Source of the DNA: Trueperaceae bacterium
GTDB lineage: Bacteria; Deinococcota; Deinococci; Deinococcales; Trueperaceae
Reading direction: 5' to 3'
Assembly (NCBI GenBank): GCA_965213705.1
Contig: OZ243913.1
Coordinates: forward strand, 2,784,001-2,848,000
Length of the DNA stretch: 64,000 bases
The notes under the pieces are model-generated. The model ran no database searches and was not told where the DNA came from. It was given only the letters and a program-made list of their open reading frames with translations. Numbering within the stretch: position 1 is the stretch's first letter; every line of letters starts with the position of its first letter. Made by a program: the position numbers and the translations under genes. Positions 22,207 through 31,857 of this stretch are shown here, piece after piece.

Positions 22207-24600
22207 CTATTCTTCGACGATGTTTGCGGTGCCCGGCGCAAACAGCACCCAAGTTTTGAAGGGTGCCAGGTCGACCGGGTCGCCCAAGCTGGTCACGAAA
22301 CTCACGCCGCCGTCAGGGTCCCAGCGACCGGGGATGGCGCGGCCGCGTAGGTACAGGGTCGCTCTGCCGCCGCGCAACGGGATGTACAAACGGCCTTCGG
22401 GGTCGTCGGGAATGGGTCGCACGTCTATGTCCGCGACCAGCACCGCGTCGACGAAGACGGCTTCGCCGGAGGCGTCGGCGGCGTCCCGGCCGTTGCGCAC
22501 CCACCGGTAGAGGTTGAGGTCTTGAACGTAGCGAAACGCCGAGTCGTAAGTTGCCGAGTAACCTACCTGGACATAGTTTGTCGCCGTCGCCGTGTCCTCG
22601 GGCCGAAAGCGGGTGCCGCTCACGACTTGGTCACGCTCGAGCCTGAGCCGGTTCACGGCCTGGCGCAGCGAGGAACCGCTCGAGTACAGGTTGTAAGGCG
22701 CGTTGCGCCCGCCTAAGCGCTCGAACAAATTGCCGCTCGTGTAGGCGTTCAGCGTAGGTACCGGGCTCCGCGAAATCGCCGCCAGCGCGGCGGGCGAGCC
22801 GCCGTCGTGGACCAAAATTCCGTCTATGCTCTGCGCGAGCGCGTGAAAGTAGTCGCGCGCGCTGCGAACCGGCCCGACCTGCGCCGGGTCGACGCGGTCG
22901 TAAACGGTCATGAGTCGGGTCAGACCGCCCTCGACGGGCATCTCTACAATCGTCGAGGCTTCCGTTAAGCCCGCTTGCGGGTAACCGCCTACGTTGTCGA
23001 GCATCACGGCGAGCGGGCGGTCGCGGTTCTCGCGGTAAGGTTCTCGCGCTAGGGGAGCGCCGGTCGCTTCTGCTGCGCCCGTCGGCCCCGCAGCCGCGCC
23101 CAGGTTGGCCGGGCTCGCGTTGTCTTGGGCCGTCGTCTGACCGGAACGTTCAGCGTTGCCGCCGGGGTCGCGGTCCGTGCGCTGTCCGGGTGAGGCGGTG
23201 TCCCCAGGCGGCAGGTCCGCGAGGGTCTCTACCGGAAACGGGGTCTCACCCGGTTCAGAGGCGGGCGCCGTGACAGTAGCAGGCGCGGTAGCGGCCACCG
23301 TCGTAGCTACCGTCACCGCCGGGCGCGGCACGGCTTGGGGTGGCGTCACGCTTGTCAAAATTTGGGGTTGCGGGACGGCTTGCGCCGGGGCCACACTCAC
23401 CGCCGTTTGCGGCCGGGGCACGGGTTGCGACGCGGCGACGGCGGCCCGCACCTGCGGCTGTGGAACGGCTTGGGCGGCGCTCACCGCCACTTGCGGCGTG
23501 ACCGCGACCGGGCGCTGCGCTGCGACGGCCGCTCCGGCCGCAGGCGTCGGAATCGTTTGCGACGGCGCGACCGAGGCCTGCGCTTGCGGTCGCGGGACGG
23601 TCTGCGCCGGCGTTACTTGCGCCGCCACCTGGGGTCGGGGGGTGGCTCGAGCCGCGGCCACAGCTGCCGAAGTCTCGGGCCGGGGCACGGCTTGAGCGGG
23701 CGCGACCGCCGCCGACGCTTGGGGTCGCGGGACGGTTTGAGCCGCGGCGACGTTCGCCGACGCTTGCGGCTGCGGGACAGCTTGCTCCGCGGCGACCGCC
23801 GCGCTCGGGGTGGGTTGCGGGATGGCCCGTTCGGGCGCGACCTGCACGCTCGGCGTTGTCGCTACCGACTGCGCCGGGACGACCGCCGCCTCGGGTGCAG
23901 GCCTGGGGATGGGCAGGGCTTGGGCGAGCGGCTGCGGCGTCAGCTCGACCTGGTCGATGTCGGGCAGGGTCGTCGCGGTGGCCTCGGCGAGGGGCAAGTC
24001 GGTCTCGAGCGGGACAGCGGGCGTTTGCACCGCAGGCGTCGGCACGGTAGGTGTCGATACGGTGGGTGTCGACACGGTGGGAGTTGGCACTGTAAGGGTC
24101 GGCGCCGGTTCGGCCTCGGTGGGGGACGGGGGTGCGACTTCGGCCGGCGGCGGCTCTGCAACAGGTTCGGCCACGGGTTCCGCGACAGGCGCTTCGGCAG
24201 CCTCCGCGGGCGGTTGGGCCACCGGTTGGGCCACCGGTTCGACCCTCGCTTCGGCAGGCGGCCCTGCAGGAACGGGCTCTACAGGGACGGGCTCTGCAAC
24301 GGTTTCCGGCGGCGCGGACTCGGCAAGGGTGGGGGCGGGCGGCGTCGCGGCGACCGGCGTACCCGCTTCGGGCGCGGCGACGAGCGGCTCGGCGGCTTGC
24401 GGCGCCGGAGCGTCGGCGCTGGGCGCGTCGGTGGGGATTTCTGACAATTCCGGCGTGCCCACGTCGATGACGAGGTAGGTGTCGAGCGCCACGGGTTGCG
24501 GCCGCGTCCACAGCCAAAACAGCAGAAGCAGGGCGAGCAGGTGTAAAAACAGCGACAACAGCAGGGCGCGGCGGCGGTCTTTGTCTTGAACCAGGGTCAT
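22207..24600 (-). CDS. TonB/TolA-like membrane-anchored protein with Pro/Ala repeat stalk and C-terminal DUF3048-like domain
   Basis: N-terminal TM RRRALLLSLFLHLLALLLL (SxxxH); ~500 aa P/A-rich linker; C-domain RPLAVMLDN..PQAGL..VEGGLTRL..GPVRSAR..HDGGS..APYNLY. Confidence 0.8.
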   Translation of the reverse strand: MTLVQDKDRRRALLLSLFLHLLALLLLFWLWTRPQPVALDTYLVIDVGTPELSEIPTDAPSADAPAPQAAEPLVAAPEAGTPVAATPPAPTLAESAPPETVAEPVPVEPVPAGPPAEARVEPVAQPVAQPPAEAAEAPVAEPVAEPVAEPPPAEVAPPSPTEAEPAPTLTVPTPTVSTPTVSTPTVPTPAVQTPAVPLETDLPLAEATATTLPDIDQVELTPQPLAQALPIPRPAPEAAVVPAQSVATTPSVQVAPERAIPQPTPSAAVAAEQAVPQPQASANVAAAQTVPRPQASAAVAPAQAVPRPETSAAVAAARATPRPQVAAQVTPAQTVPRPQAQASVAPSQTIPTPAAGAAVAAQRPVAVTPQVAVSAAQAVPQPQVRAAVAASQPVPRPQTAVSVAPAQAVPQPQILTSVTPPQAVPRPAVTVATTVAATAPATVTAPASEPGETPFPVETLADLPPGDTASPGQRTDRDPGGNAERSGQTTAQDNASPANLGAAAGPTGAAEATGAPLAREPYRENRDRPLAVMLDNVGGYPQAGLTEASTIVEMPVEGGLTRLMTVYDRVDPAQVGPVRSARDYFHALAQSIDGILVHDGGSPAALAAISRSPVPTLNAYTSGNLFERLGGRNAPYNLYSSGSSLRQAVNRLRLERDQVVSGTRFRPEDTATATNYVQVGYSATYDSAFRYVQDLNLYRWVRNGRDAADASGEAVFVDAVLVADIDVRPIPDDPEGRLYIPLRGGRATLYLRGRAIPGRWDPDGGVSFVTSLGDPVDLAPFKTWVLFAPGTANIVEE

Positions 24601-24618
24601 GCGAAAAAAGTCATCCGC

Positions 24619-25032
24619 TCAGCTACCCCCGGTGGCAATCGCGATGCGCTGCGCCCCGGCTTGCTTCATCAGGTCCATTACCCGCACGACCAGGCCGTGG
24701 GGCACCGTCCTGTCGGCGCGGAGCGCGGCGGCGCTCAGGCCGGTCGTGTCGAAAGCCGTTCGCAAGGTGGCGACCAAGTCGGCTTCACTCACCGCCACAC
24801 CTGCGACAAATATTTCGTCCTCACGATTGATGGTCACGGTCGGTAAGTCAGAAATCGCGGTCTGCGGCGACTGGGCCTGCGGCAGGTCGACGGGTAAACC
24901 CGACTCCAGGGTGATGAACGTCGTCGAGACCATAAAGAAAATAACGAGCAAAAAGACCACGTCCACCATCGGCGTGAGGTCCAGACTGAGACCTTGGCGG
25001 GCGAATCTTCGCGAGCGGTAACCGTTTCTCAT
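24619..25032 (-). CDS. exbD: Biopolymer transporter ExbD/TolR family
   Basis: LDLTPMVDVVFLLVIFFMV TM with conserved Asp; LRADRTVPHGLVVRVMD; ATG at 25032. Confidence 0.92.
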   Translation of the reverse strand: MRNGYRSRRFARQGLSLDLTPMVDVVFLLVIFFMVSTTFITLESGLPVDLPQAQSPQTAISDLPTVTINREDEIFVAGVAVSEADLVATLRTAFDTTGLSAAALRADRTVPHGLVVRVMDLMKQAGAQRIAIATGGS

Positions 25033-25042
25033 AACGACCGGC

Positions 25043-25711
25043 CTACAGGTTCGGCGCGGCTTCGTAAGCGCGCGGCGCGGTGATGTCGACTTTGTCCTCG
25101 CGCCGCGCGGCGACGACCTGGGCGACGTTGCCCATGAGTTCTTCGCGGCGGCGGTCGATTTCCAACAAAATCGCGTCGACTTTGCTCGAGAGGTAGTTCT
25201 GCCCGATGAGCGTCGGAATCGCCACGACGAGCCCGGCGGCGGTGGTGACCAGGGCTTGGCCGATGCCGTCGGCGAGTGCCGCGGGGTTGCCGGTGCCCTG
25301 CTGGCTGATTTCACTAAACGCGATAATCATGCCCGTGACGGTGCCGAGCAAACCCAACAGCGGCGCGATTTGTGCGATGGTCGCCAGCGGCCTTAAGCCC
25401 CGCGACAGCCGCTGCTCTTCCAACAGCGACGCCTCTTGAAAGGCCGCGTCGACGGCGGAACGTCCGTAGGGTAGGCGCAGCAGCGCGGCCTTGAGCACCC
25501 TCGAGACCGGCCCGCCGTGCGCGTCGCAAGCGCCCAGCGCGCTCTCCAAGTCGCGGTCGCGCACCGCCGCGTTGACCTCCACCATCAGCGCGTCCGCTTC
25601 GACGGGCTCGCGCGACAGCTTAAAAAGTCGGGCAAAAAACAAGTAAACTGCGTAGACGGAAACCAAAATGATGGCGACCAAAACCGGTCCACCACTTGTC
25701 AATAGCTGCAT
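25043..25711 (-). CDS. exbB: MotA/TolQ/ExbB proton channel family protein
   Basis: IAPLLGLLGTVTGMIIAF and GIGQALVTTAAGLVVAIP. Confidence 0.92.
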   Translation of the reverse strand: MQLLTSGGPVLVAIILVSVYAVYLFFARLFKLSREPVEADALMVEVNAAVRDRDLESALGACDAHGGPVSRVLKAALLRLPYGRSAVDAAFQEASLLEEQRLSRGLRPLATIAQIAPLLGLLGTVTGMIIAFSEISQQGTGNPAALADGIGQALVTTAAGLVVAIPTLIGQNYLSSKVDAILLEIDRRREELMGNVAQVVAARREDKVDITAPRAYEAAPNL

Positions 25712-26053
25712 AAACCCACCCTATCAAAAAACACAAAGCTAGTCACACGACTTAAACACAGTCGCCGTCAACCGTCGCTGTTAACCACAGTCGCCGCCCA
25801 GGACGGAGCAGCAACGGTGCAAAAAGCTTAGCGGTCAGGCAGGTGAGAAAAACCGTTGCGAAGACACCTTGTAGAAGACACCTTGTAAGAGAGCCTTTTT
25901 GTGCCCGGAACTTTGCGCCCGGAACCGAGAAAAATAGGTGGAAAAGGCTTGTTCGGAGCGGGCCGACTGTTTCTCAAACCTTGCGCCGGCACGAACGTCT
26001 ATGCTTTAATGGGTGAGTTGTCAAGAAAGAAGTGAGGAAGGACCCCCTTAAAC

Positions 26054-28792
26054 ATGGATGATAAGTCAACCCAGGCTGCGGAAGCCCCTGTCCCAGCCGC
26101 CGACCAAGCCCCGAACGCGCCCTTAGACCAGGCCCCGAACGCGTCAGCCGAGCTGGGTGCAGATGACGCGACGGTAGCAGCGACGTCCCCCGAGCTTACC
26201 GCTACTTCCGACATGCCTACCGGCGACGAAGCGGACAGCGACGCAAACAGCCAGCCGACCCGCACCGACCTGAGCGGCGAAACGAGCCCCGAAGCTCCGA
26301 CACCGGACGCAGCCACAGCGGACACGGCTACAGCGGACAGGACCACACCGAACCAGGAAAGCGGCAGACCGGGTTTGGGCGCGGTTGCAGCCGTGGGTGC
26401 CGCCCTGGGTGCCGCTGCCCTGGGTGCCGCCGCGTTCAACGCGGTCAGACACCGCAACGACGATAACCGTGCCGAGGGTGACGACAGGGGTAGCGCCGCT
26501 GCCGAACCCGCTGAAAACGATTCGCACAACCAGGCCGAGGCTTTCGACACTGCTCGAGCGGACACCCAAGAAGAGGCCGAAACGCAAAACGCCGCGCCGC
26601 AGAACGAACCTTTAGAAACCAGGGTTGCGGAAACTGCCGTGATGAGCGCGCCCGCAATGGAAGCCCCCACAGTAGAAACGCCCACAGTGGAAACGTCCAT
26701 TACGGAAAGCAATGCGGCGGAAGTGTCAGGGCCGGAGGCTTCACCGCTGGAGACGTCGTCTAGTGTGGCGTCCAACGTGGCAGCAGACGACACCTCGGCG
26801 ATGGAAACCATGACGATGGAAGACGTGTTGGCCGCCAGCGACGAGCAGTTGGCGAAGCCGCCCGTCCACCGCGGCATGATTCTCACCGGCAGCGTCATCA
26901 TGTTGGCGCAAGACGGCATCATCGTCGACGTGGGCGCGAAAATCGAAGGGTTGTTGCCTTACAACCAACTGTTCGAGTTCGACACCAACGCCAAGGACGC
27001 CGCCAAATACTTTAAGTCCGGCGACGAGATTCAGGTTTACATCGTCCGTTCGGACATCCCGAACAACACGATTATCCTGTCCAAAAAGCGGGCCGACCAA
27101 GAACGCGCCTGGAACTTGTTGCAAGACATCCACGAGAAAAACCTGCCCGTCGAGGTCGAAATCGTCGACAAAGTTCGTGGCGGGCTCGTCGCCAACTTAG
27201 GCGTGCGGGCCTTTTTGCCGGCCAGCCAAGTCGATATTCGCCGCGTCAACGACCTCGCGCCGTATGTGGGCCAGCGCCTCAAGGTCAAAATCATCGAGCT
27301 CAACCGCAAGCGCAACCGCGTCATCGTGTCGCGCCGCGCGATTCTCGAGGAAGAGGTCGCGGGTCTTAAAGAAGAGACGCTTGCCAAGCTCGAGCCGGGT
27401 TTGCAAATCGAGGGCGAAGTTGTCGAAATCACCGACTTCGGCGTGTTCGTCAACTTGGGCGGCGTCGACGGACTGGTTCACCGCAGCGAACTGTCCCACG
27501 GCCGCTTCAACCACCCGCGCGAAGTCGTCAAGTTAGGTGACAAGCTCAAGGTCGAAGTCTTAGACATGGACTTAGAGCGCGAGCGCATCAACTTGTCCGC
27601 CAAAAAGCTCGCGCCCGACCCCTGGGAAAACGCGCTGCTCAACTACTCCATCGGCCAGCGGGTCGAGGGCAAGGTGACCAACCTGACGCCCTTCGGCGCG
27701 TTCGTCGAAATCGAGCCCGGTCTGGAAGGCCTCATCCACGTCTCCGAAATGAGCTGGACCAAGCGCATCCGCCACCCCAAGGAAGTGCTGACCGAGGGCG
27801 ACGACGTCGAGACGATGGTGCTCAAAATCGACACCGAGCAACAGCGCATCTCGCTCGGCTTGCGCCAGACCCAACCCGACCCCTGGAGCAGCTTGCCCGA
27901 CCGCTACCCGCCCGGCACCGAGGTCACCGGCCCGATTACCGGCATCACCGACTTCGGCGTGTTTATGGAAATCGAAGAGGGCATCGAGGGCCTGGTTCAC
28001 ATCAGCGAACTAGCCCACGAACACATCGAGACCATCGAGGAACACTTCAACAAAGGTGACGAAGTTACCGCCGTCATCCTCAACATCGACCCGGTCGAGC
28101 AGCGCGCCTCGTTGTCCCGCAAACGCCTGTTGCCATTCACCGCCGGCGAAGGCGACGCCGACATGACGCTGGGTGCGCCCGCCAGCCGTGGCGGAGGTCG
28201 CAAAGGTCGCCGCGGTGGCCGCCGTAGCCAAGTCATCGACTATGACTACAGCTACGCCGCCAGCGACACGAGCACCAAAGCGACAACCAAACTCGGGGAC
28301 GTTTACGCAGACTTATTCGCCCAGTTCGGGCTGACCGAAACTAAAAAAGACGCGGACAGCGACGAAACCGTCCAAGCCGACGCAGGCACCCGCGCGGCCA
28401 GCGAGCCTTCTTCCGCCGCAGGTGACTTGGGCCCCGACGCCGCACAGGGTGGGGCCGGTCAAGCCGAGTCCGAGCAACAAACGACTCGGACGGTTGAAAA
28501 GAACGAGCAGAAAGACGAGCCGCAACAGACCCAGGCGACCGAGCCCGAAGTCGACCCGGAAAACGCCATCGACGCCGCCGAAGCCGCCGCACTCCTCACC
28601 GCAGCTTTTCGTGAGGGCAAGCGCCCGGCCCCCGCGACGGAGGCCAACACCGCCGACCAAAGTAACAACCAAGGCGGTAATGTGGACGAGAAAGAAGACG
28701 ACGTAGTCGCCGCAGAAACCGTCCAGGAGAACGCTTCAGCGACGGCCACCAACGAAGAAGCCGCCGAAGAAGCTGAAAAAACAGAAGCGTAA
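26054..28792 (+). CDS. rpsA: 30S ribosomal protein S1 with long acidic N- and C-terminal extensions
   Basis: Five S1 domains ([39 protein letters not shown] etc.) and [14 protein letters not shown] tail motif. Confidence 0.92.
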   Translation: MDDKSTQAAEAPVPAADQAPNAPLDQAPNASAELGADDATVAATSPELTATSDMPTGDEADSDANSQPTRTDLSGETSPEAPTPDAATADTATADRTTPNQESGRPGLGAVAAVGAALGAAALGAAAFNAVRHRNDDNRAEGDDRGSAAAEPAENDSHNQAEAFDTARADTQEEAETQNAAPQNEPLETRVAETAVMSAPAMEAPTVETPTVETSITESNAAEVSGPEASPLETSSSVASNVAADDTSAMETMTMEDVLAASDEQLAKPPVHRGMILTGSVIMLAQDGIIVDVGAKIEGLLPYNQLFEFDTNAKDAAKYFKSGDEIQVYIVRSDIPNNTIILSKKRADQERAWNLLQDIHEKNLPVEVEIVDKVRGGLVANLGVRAFLPASQVDIRRVNDLAPYVGQRLKVKIIELNRKRNRVIVSRRAILEEEVAGLKEETLAKLEPGLQIEGEVVEITDFGVFVNLGGVDGLVHRSELSHGRFNHPREVVKLGDKLKVEVLDMDLERERINLSAKKLAPDPWENALLNYSIGQRVEGKVTNLTPFGAFVEIEPGLEGLIHVSEMSWTKRIRHPKEVLTEGDDVETMVLKIDTEQQRISLGLRQTQPDPWSSLPDRYPPGTEVTGPITGITDFGVFMEIEEGIEGLVHISELAHEHIETIEEHFNKGDEVTAVILNIDPVEQRASLSRKRLLPFTAGEGDADMTLGAPASRGGGRKGRRGGRRSQVIDYDYSYAASDTSTKATTKLGDVYADLFAQFGLTETKKDADSDETVQADAGTRAASEPSSAAGDLGPDAAQGGAGQAESEQQTTRTVEKNEQKDEPQQTQATEPEVDPENAIDAAEAAALLTAAFREGKRPAPATEANTADQSNNQGGNVDEKEDDVVAAETVQENASATATNEEAAEEAEKTEA

Positions 28793-28804
28793 ACTCACCA
28801 CAAG

Positions 28805-28834
28805 AAAGCCCGCCTCAGAGGCGGGCTTTTCTTT
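28805..28834 (+). terminator. Rho-independent terminator of rpsA
   Basis: AAAGCCCGCCTC/GAGGCGGGCTTT stem followed by T-rich tail. Confidence 0.85.
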
Positions 28835-29196
28835 GAAATCTTGCGGTTCATTCTGAGATTTTCCGGGTCTTGAAGGGAAACACCGGCTTTTCCAACAACA
28901 GCTCGGTAAAGGGACTTGTAGAGCAGGCCGGATTTTCCAACTACGTTTTAAGTATCTCCATGGTAAATTTGCTCCTGCAAGTTCACCCGAGTGGAGCGAG
29001 TACGGATAGGCCGACTAAGCATTCTGCAAAGTCACTATGGATTAGCTTGGGGCCACGAAGTTTCGGCTCATCATACTTTACCCGGTTGCTCGAGCGGTCT
29101 GTTGGGAAGAGCTGCTGGTCAAAAAAGTCGCAAAAGCTGAAAAAGCAAAGGCAGGCACTTTGTTCTGTCTATCCAGTTCTGTCTACCCAAAAGAAC

Positions 29197-29826
29197 TCAG
29201 CGTAGCCACACACCGTAGACGACCGCCACAAGGACGACAACCATGAGCACGGAGCCCACTACAACCCACGGGCCGCTTTTGGCGGGCTTGGTTTTTGTAT
29301 ACGGTGTGGCAGTTACGTTCGGTGTGGCAACTTCGGTAACGTCCTCGGTCTCTTTGGATGTCCCCTCTTCCGCCATCAACTTTTTGGTTTCTGGTTGCTG
29401 TGACCCAGCTTCTTCACCGGCCTCGGACGCGGTTGGCGGGTGTTGCGAGAAGCTCGAGACGGCGGGGTCGAAACGAGATTTGTCAGTTATAGTTGGTAGT
29501 GGCGGCGGGGTGACCACGTCCTCGGATACTTCGTCTTGGGACAAGGAGCTTCGGACACCTGCCTCACCCCAAACGTTTTCAGCCCCCACAGCGCTCACGA
29601 CAGCGCCGACGACAACGGCGTCGCCACCGGCCGCACGCAGGGTCTCGGCAACCTTTTCGGCGACGGGCTTGTTTACGCGTTTTGTCAACGGACCCGCACC
29701 GCGGCTCAAAAGTTTGCCGAGCTTGGGTTCGGTAAGGGCAAGCTCGCTCGCCACTTGCGAAGCCACGCGCGAGAGCTGCGGTTCAAACAAGGGAGATTGT
29801 AGTTCGACGACAAACTTGTGTTCCAC
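29197..29826 (-). CDS. Hypothetical protein with C-terminal TM anchor
   Basis: GAGG RBS before GTG 29826; compact N-domain (..AEKVAETLRAAGG..), low-complexity middle, hydrophobic C-terminal helix. Confidence 0.6.
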   Translation of the reverse strand: MEHKFVVELQSPLFEPQLSRVASQVASELALTEPKLGKLLSRGAGPLTKRVNKPVAEKVAETLRAAGGDAVVVGAVVSAVGAENVWGEAGVRSSLSQDEVSEDVVTPPPLPTITDKSRFDPAVSSFSQHPPTASEAGEEAGSQQPETKKLMAEEGTSKETEDVTEVATPNVTATPYTKTKPAKSGPWVVVGSVLMVVVLVAVVYGVWLR

Positions 29827-30192
29827 AAAAAACCTCACTAAGCTAAGGGGACGTGCGTCTAAAGACGACCCTGCGTTTCTAAAGTCTAACGGGTTCACAA
29901 CCACACGCACAGAAAAACTTTACACCTGCGGCCACGCGTCTTTCAAACACGCCCTGTGTGGTGCAACGTGCTAAACAGTTTTGTTCCGTTTTTATACAGT
30001 AAAAAAAGTGCCCGCTTGAGGCCGGGCGGTCACAGCGTCGCAAAAAAATCCGGGGTGGCTTCAGCCAGGAAGCGCAGGTGGTAGACTACAGCCTTTGTTG
30101 AGGTACCGCCTCACTGGGTAAGCAGTCGCTGAGCGCTTTGTTTTCCACGCTTTCGCGAACCACTCAGGAAACGAGCAAGATAAGGAGAAAGT

Positions 30193-30912
30193 ATGGACTC
30201 TAAAGAAATCTTTACCTGGCTTTATGTCGCGGGAATGGCGGCGGGTGTCCTGTTGTTTTGGGCTTGGAGCCGCAACCCGCGCGGCGTGCCGCAGTACGAG
30301 TACCTCATCGCCATGTTTATTCCCGTCTGGTCGGGTCTGGCGTACACCGCGATGGCGCTGGGTCAAGGGCAAGTAGAGATTGCGGGCCAAACGACCTACT
30401 TCGCGCGTTACATCGACTGGGTCGTGACGACGCCGCTTCTGCTGCTCGCCCTCGGCCTGACCGCGATGTTTTACGTCCCTAAAGACAAGCGGCAGGTTTC
30501 GCTGTTGGCGGGGTTGCTGGGTGCAGACGTCGTCATGATTCTTTGCGGTTTGGTCGCGGACCTCTCAGGTCGGCCCGAAGTGCGCCTCACCTGGTACGCG
30601 CTCGGCTGCGTGGCGCTCGTCGTCGTGCTGTGGGGCATCTGGGGGCCGCTACGAAACATCGCCGCCGCCCACGGCGAACGCTTGGCGAAGATTTACAACC
30701 GGCTCGCCCTCTACCTCACCGTGCTGTGGTTCGGTTACCCGACGGTGTGGCTGTTGGGGCCTTCGGGTTTGGGCGTTTTCGACCAGACGACGGACACGCT
30801 GCTGTTCGTCGTGCTGCCGTTCTTTTCCAAGGTCGTCTTCAGCATCATCGACCTGTCGTCCTTGCGAGGCCTCGAGAAAACAGCGGAACACCGGGCGATG
30901 GCGCATCCTTGA
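30193..30912 (+). CDS. Microbial rhodopsin, xenorhodopsin / Anabaena sensory rhodopsin-like clade
   Basis: 7 TM; RYIDWVVTTPLLLLA (D75-T79-A86); GYPTVW; LPFFSK213 with Pro at the BR D212 position; D220 and E36 on the cytoplasmic side; TAAGGAG RBS. Confidence 0.95.
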   Translation: MDSKEIFTWLYVAGMAAGVLLFWAWSRNPRGVPQYEYLIAMFIPVWSGLAYTAMALGQGQVEIAGQTTYFARYIDWVVTTPLLLLALGLTAMFYVPKDKRQVSLLAGLLGADVVMILCGLVADLSGRPEVRLTWYALGCVALVVVLWGIWGPLRNIAAAHGERLAKIYNRLALYLTVLWFGYPTVWLLGPSGLGVFDQTTDTLLFVVLPFFSKVVFSIIDLSSLRGLEKTAEHRAMAHP

Positions 30913-30950
30913 GCGTGTGATTTGACTTGTCGTTTCGCAGAAACGTTTGC

Positions 30951-30991
30951 AACGCGCGGCCCGTGACTAAAAAATCACGAGCCGCGCGTTT
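30951..30991. terminator. Hairpin between convergent rhodopsin and permease genes
   Basis: AACGCGCGGCCCGTGA..TCACGAGCCGCGCGTT. Confidence 0.65.
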
Positions 30992-30993
30992 GT

Positions 30994-31857
30994 TCACTTC
31001 ACCGCGCCCGACGTCAAGCCTCGGATGAGCTGCCTCGAGAACAGGACATACAGCACCACAATCGGAATCATCGCCAAAGTGAGCGACGCCAACACCGCGT
31101 TCCAATCATTCACATACTGCCCCAAAAAGGTCTGCGCGCCAAGGATGACCGTTTTGGACTTTTCCGACGACGCCAGAATCAGCGGAAACCACAGGTCGTT
31201 CCAAATCGGAATCATGTTGAACACCGCCACCGTGCCGAGCGCCGGGCGCACCAGCGGCAGCACGAGGAGGTAAATCCGGTACTCGCTCGCCCCGTCTATT
31301 CGGGCAGCCTCTTTCAGCGCGCCCGGCACCTGCCCCATAAACTGTGTGAGGATGAAGACCGCCAGCGGAATCCCCGCCGCGACGTACACGCACACCAGCG
31401 CCCAGAGCGTGTCGATGAGGCCGAGCGCTTTCATCAGCCTCAAAATAGAAACCGTGCCCAAACGAATCGGAATCATGATGCCGAGGGCGAAAAAAAGCCC
31501 CAAAAAGGCGTTGCCGACAAAGCGGTATTCAGCAAGGGCGAACGCCGCCATCGAGCTGAACAGCAAAATGAACACCAGCGACACCAGGGTGACGAACAGG
31601 CTGTTGAAAAAGTACAGCTCGAAGTTCGCGCCGCCCAGCACCGTCCGGTAACCGACCAGGTCCCAGGTTGCGGGCGTCGGCAGGGCGAAGGGCGTCCTGA
31701 AAATGGCCTGTCGGCTCTTGACCGAATTCACCAGGATGAGAAAAATAGGCGCGACCGCGACGGCGGTGCAAACCAGAAGCACCGCGTGAGCGCCGAGCGT
31801 TTGCCAGGCTCGAGCCCAGCCCCCCGCTCTTCTAACATCGCGAGTCAAAACCGCCAC
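30994..31857 (-). CDS. Carbohydrate ABC transporter permease
   Basis: YFFNSL, EAARIDGAS EAA loop, WNDLWFPLIL. Confidence 0.93.
   Translation of the reverse strand: MAVLTRDVRRAGGWARAWQTLGAHAVLLVCTAVAVAPIFLILVNSVKSRQAIFRTPFALPTPATWDLVGYRTVLGGANFELYFFNSLFVTLVSLVFILLFSSMAAFALAEYRFVGNAFLGLFFALGIMIPIRLGTVSILRLMKALGLIDTLWALVCVYVAAGIPLAVFILTQFMGQVPGALKEAARIDGASEYRIYLLVLPLVRPALGTVAVFNMIPIWNDLWFPLILASSEKSKTVILGAQTFLGQYVNDWNAVLASLTLAMIPIVVLYVLFSRQLIRGLTSGAVK

Noticed and set aside
28840..29190. Small gene or pseudogene downstream of rpsA
   Set aside because: No convincing RBS, start or recognisable motif; only a short GTTGGAAAA.CCGG repeat on the minus strand
29970..30000. CarH/LitR-type light-responsive operator upstream of the rhodopsin
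   Set aside because: TAAACA and TATACA are 21 nt apart and the middle repeat does not fit 11-bp TnnACA periodicity
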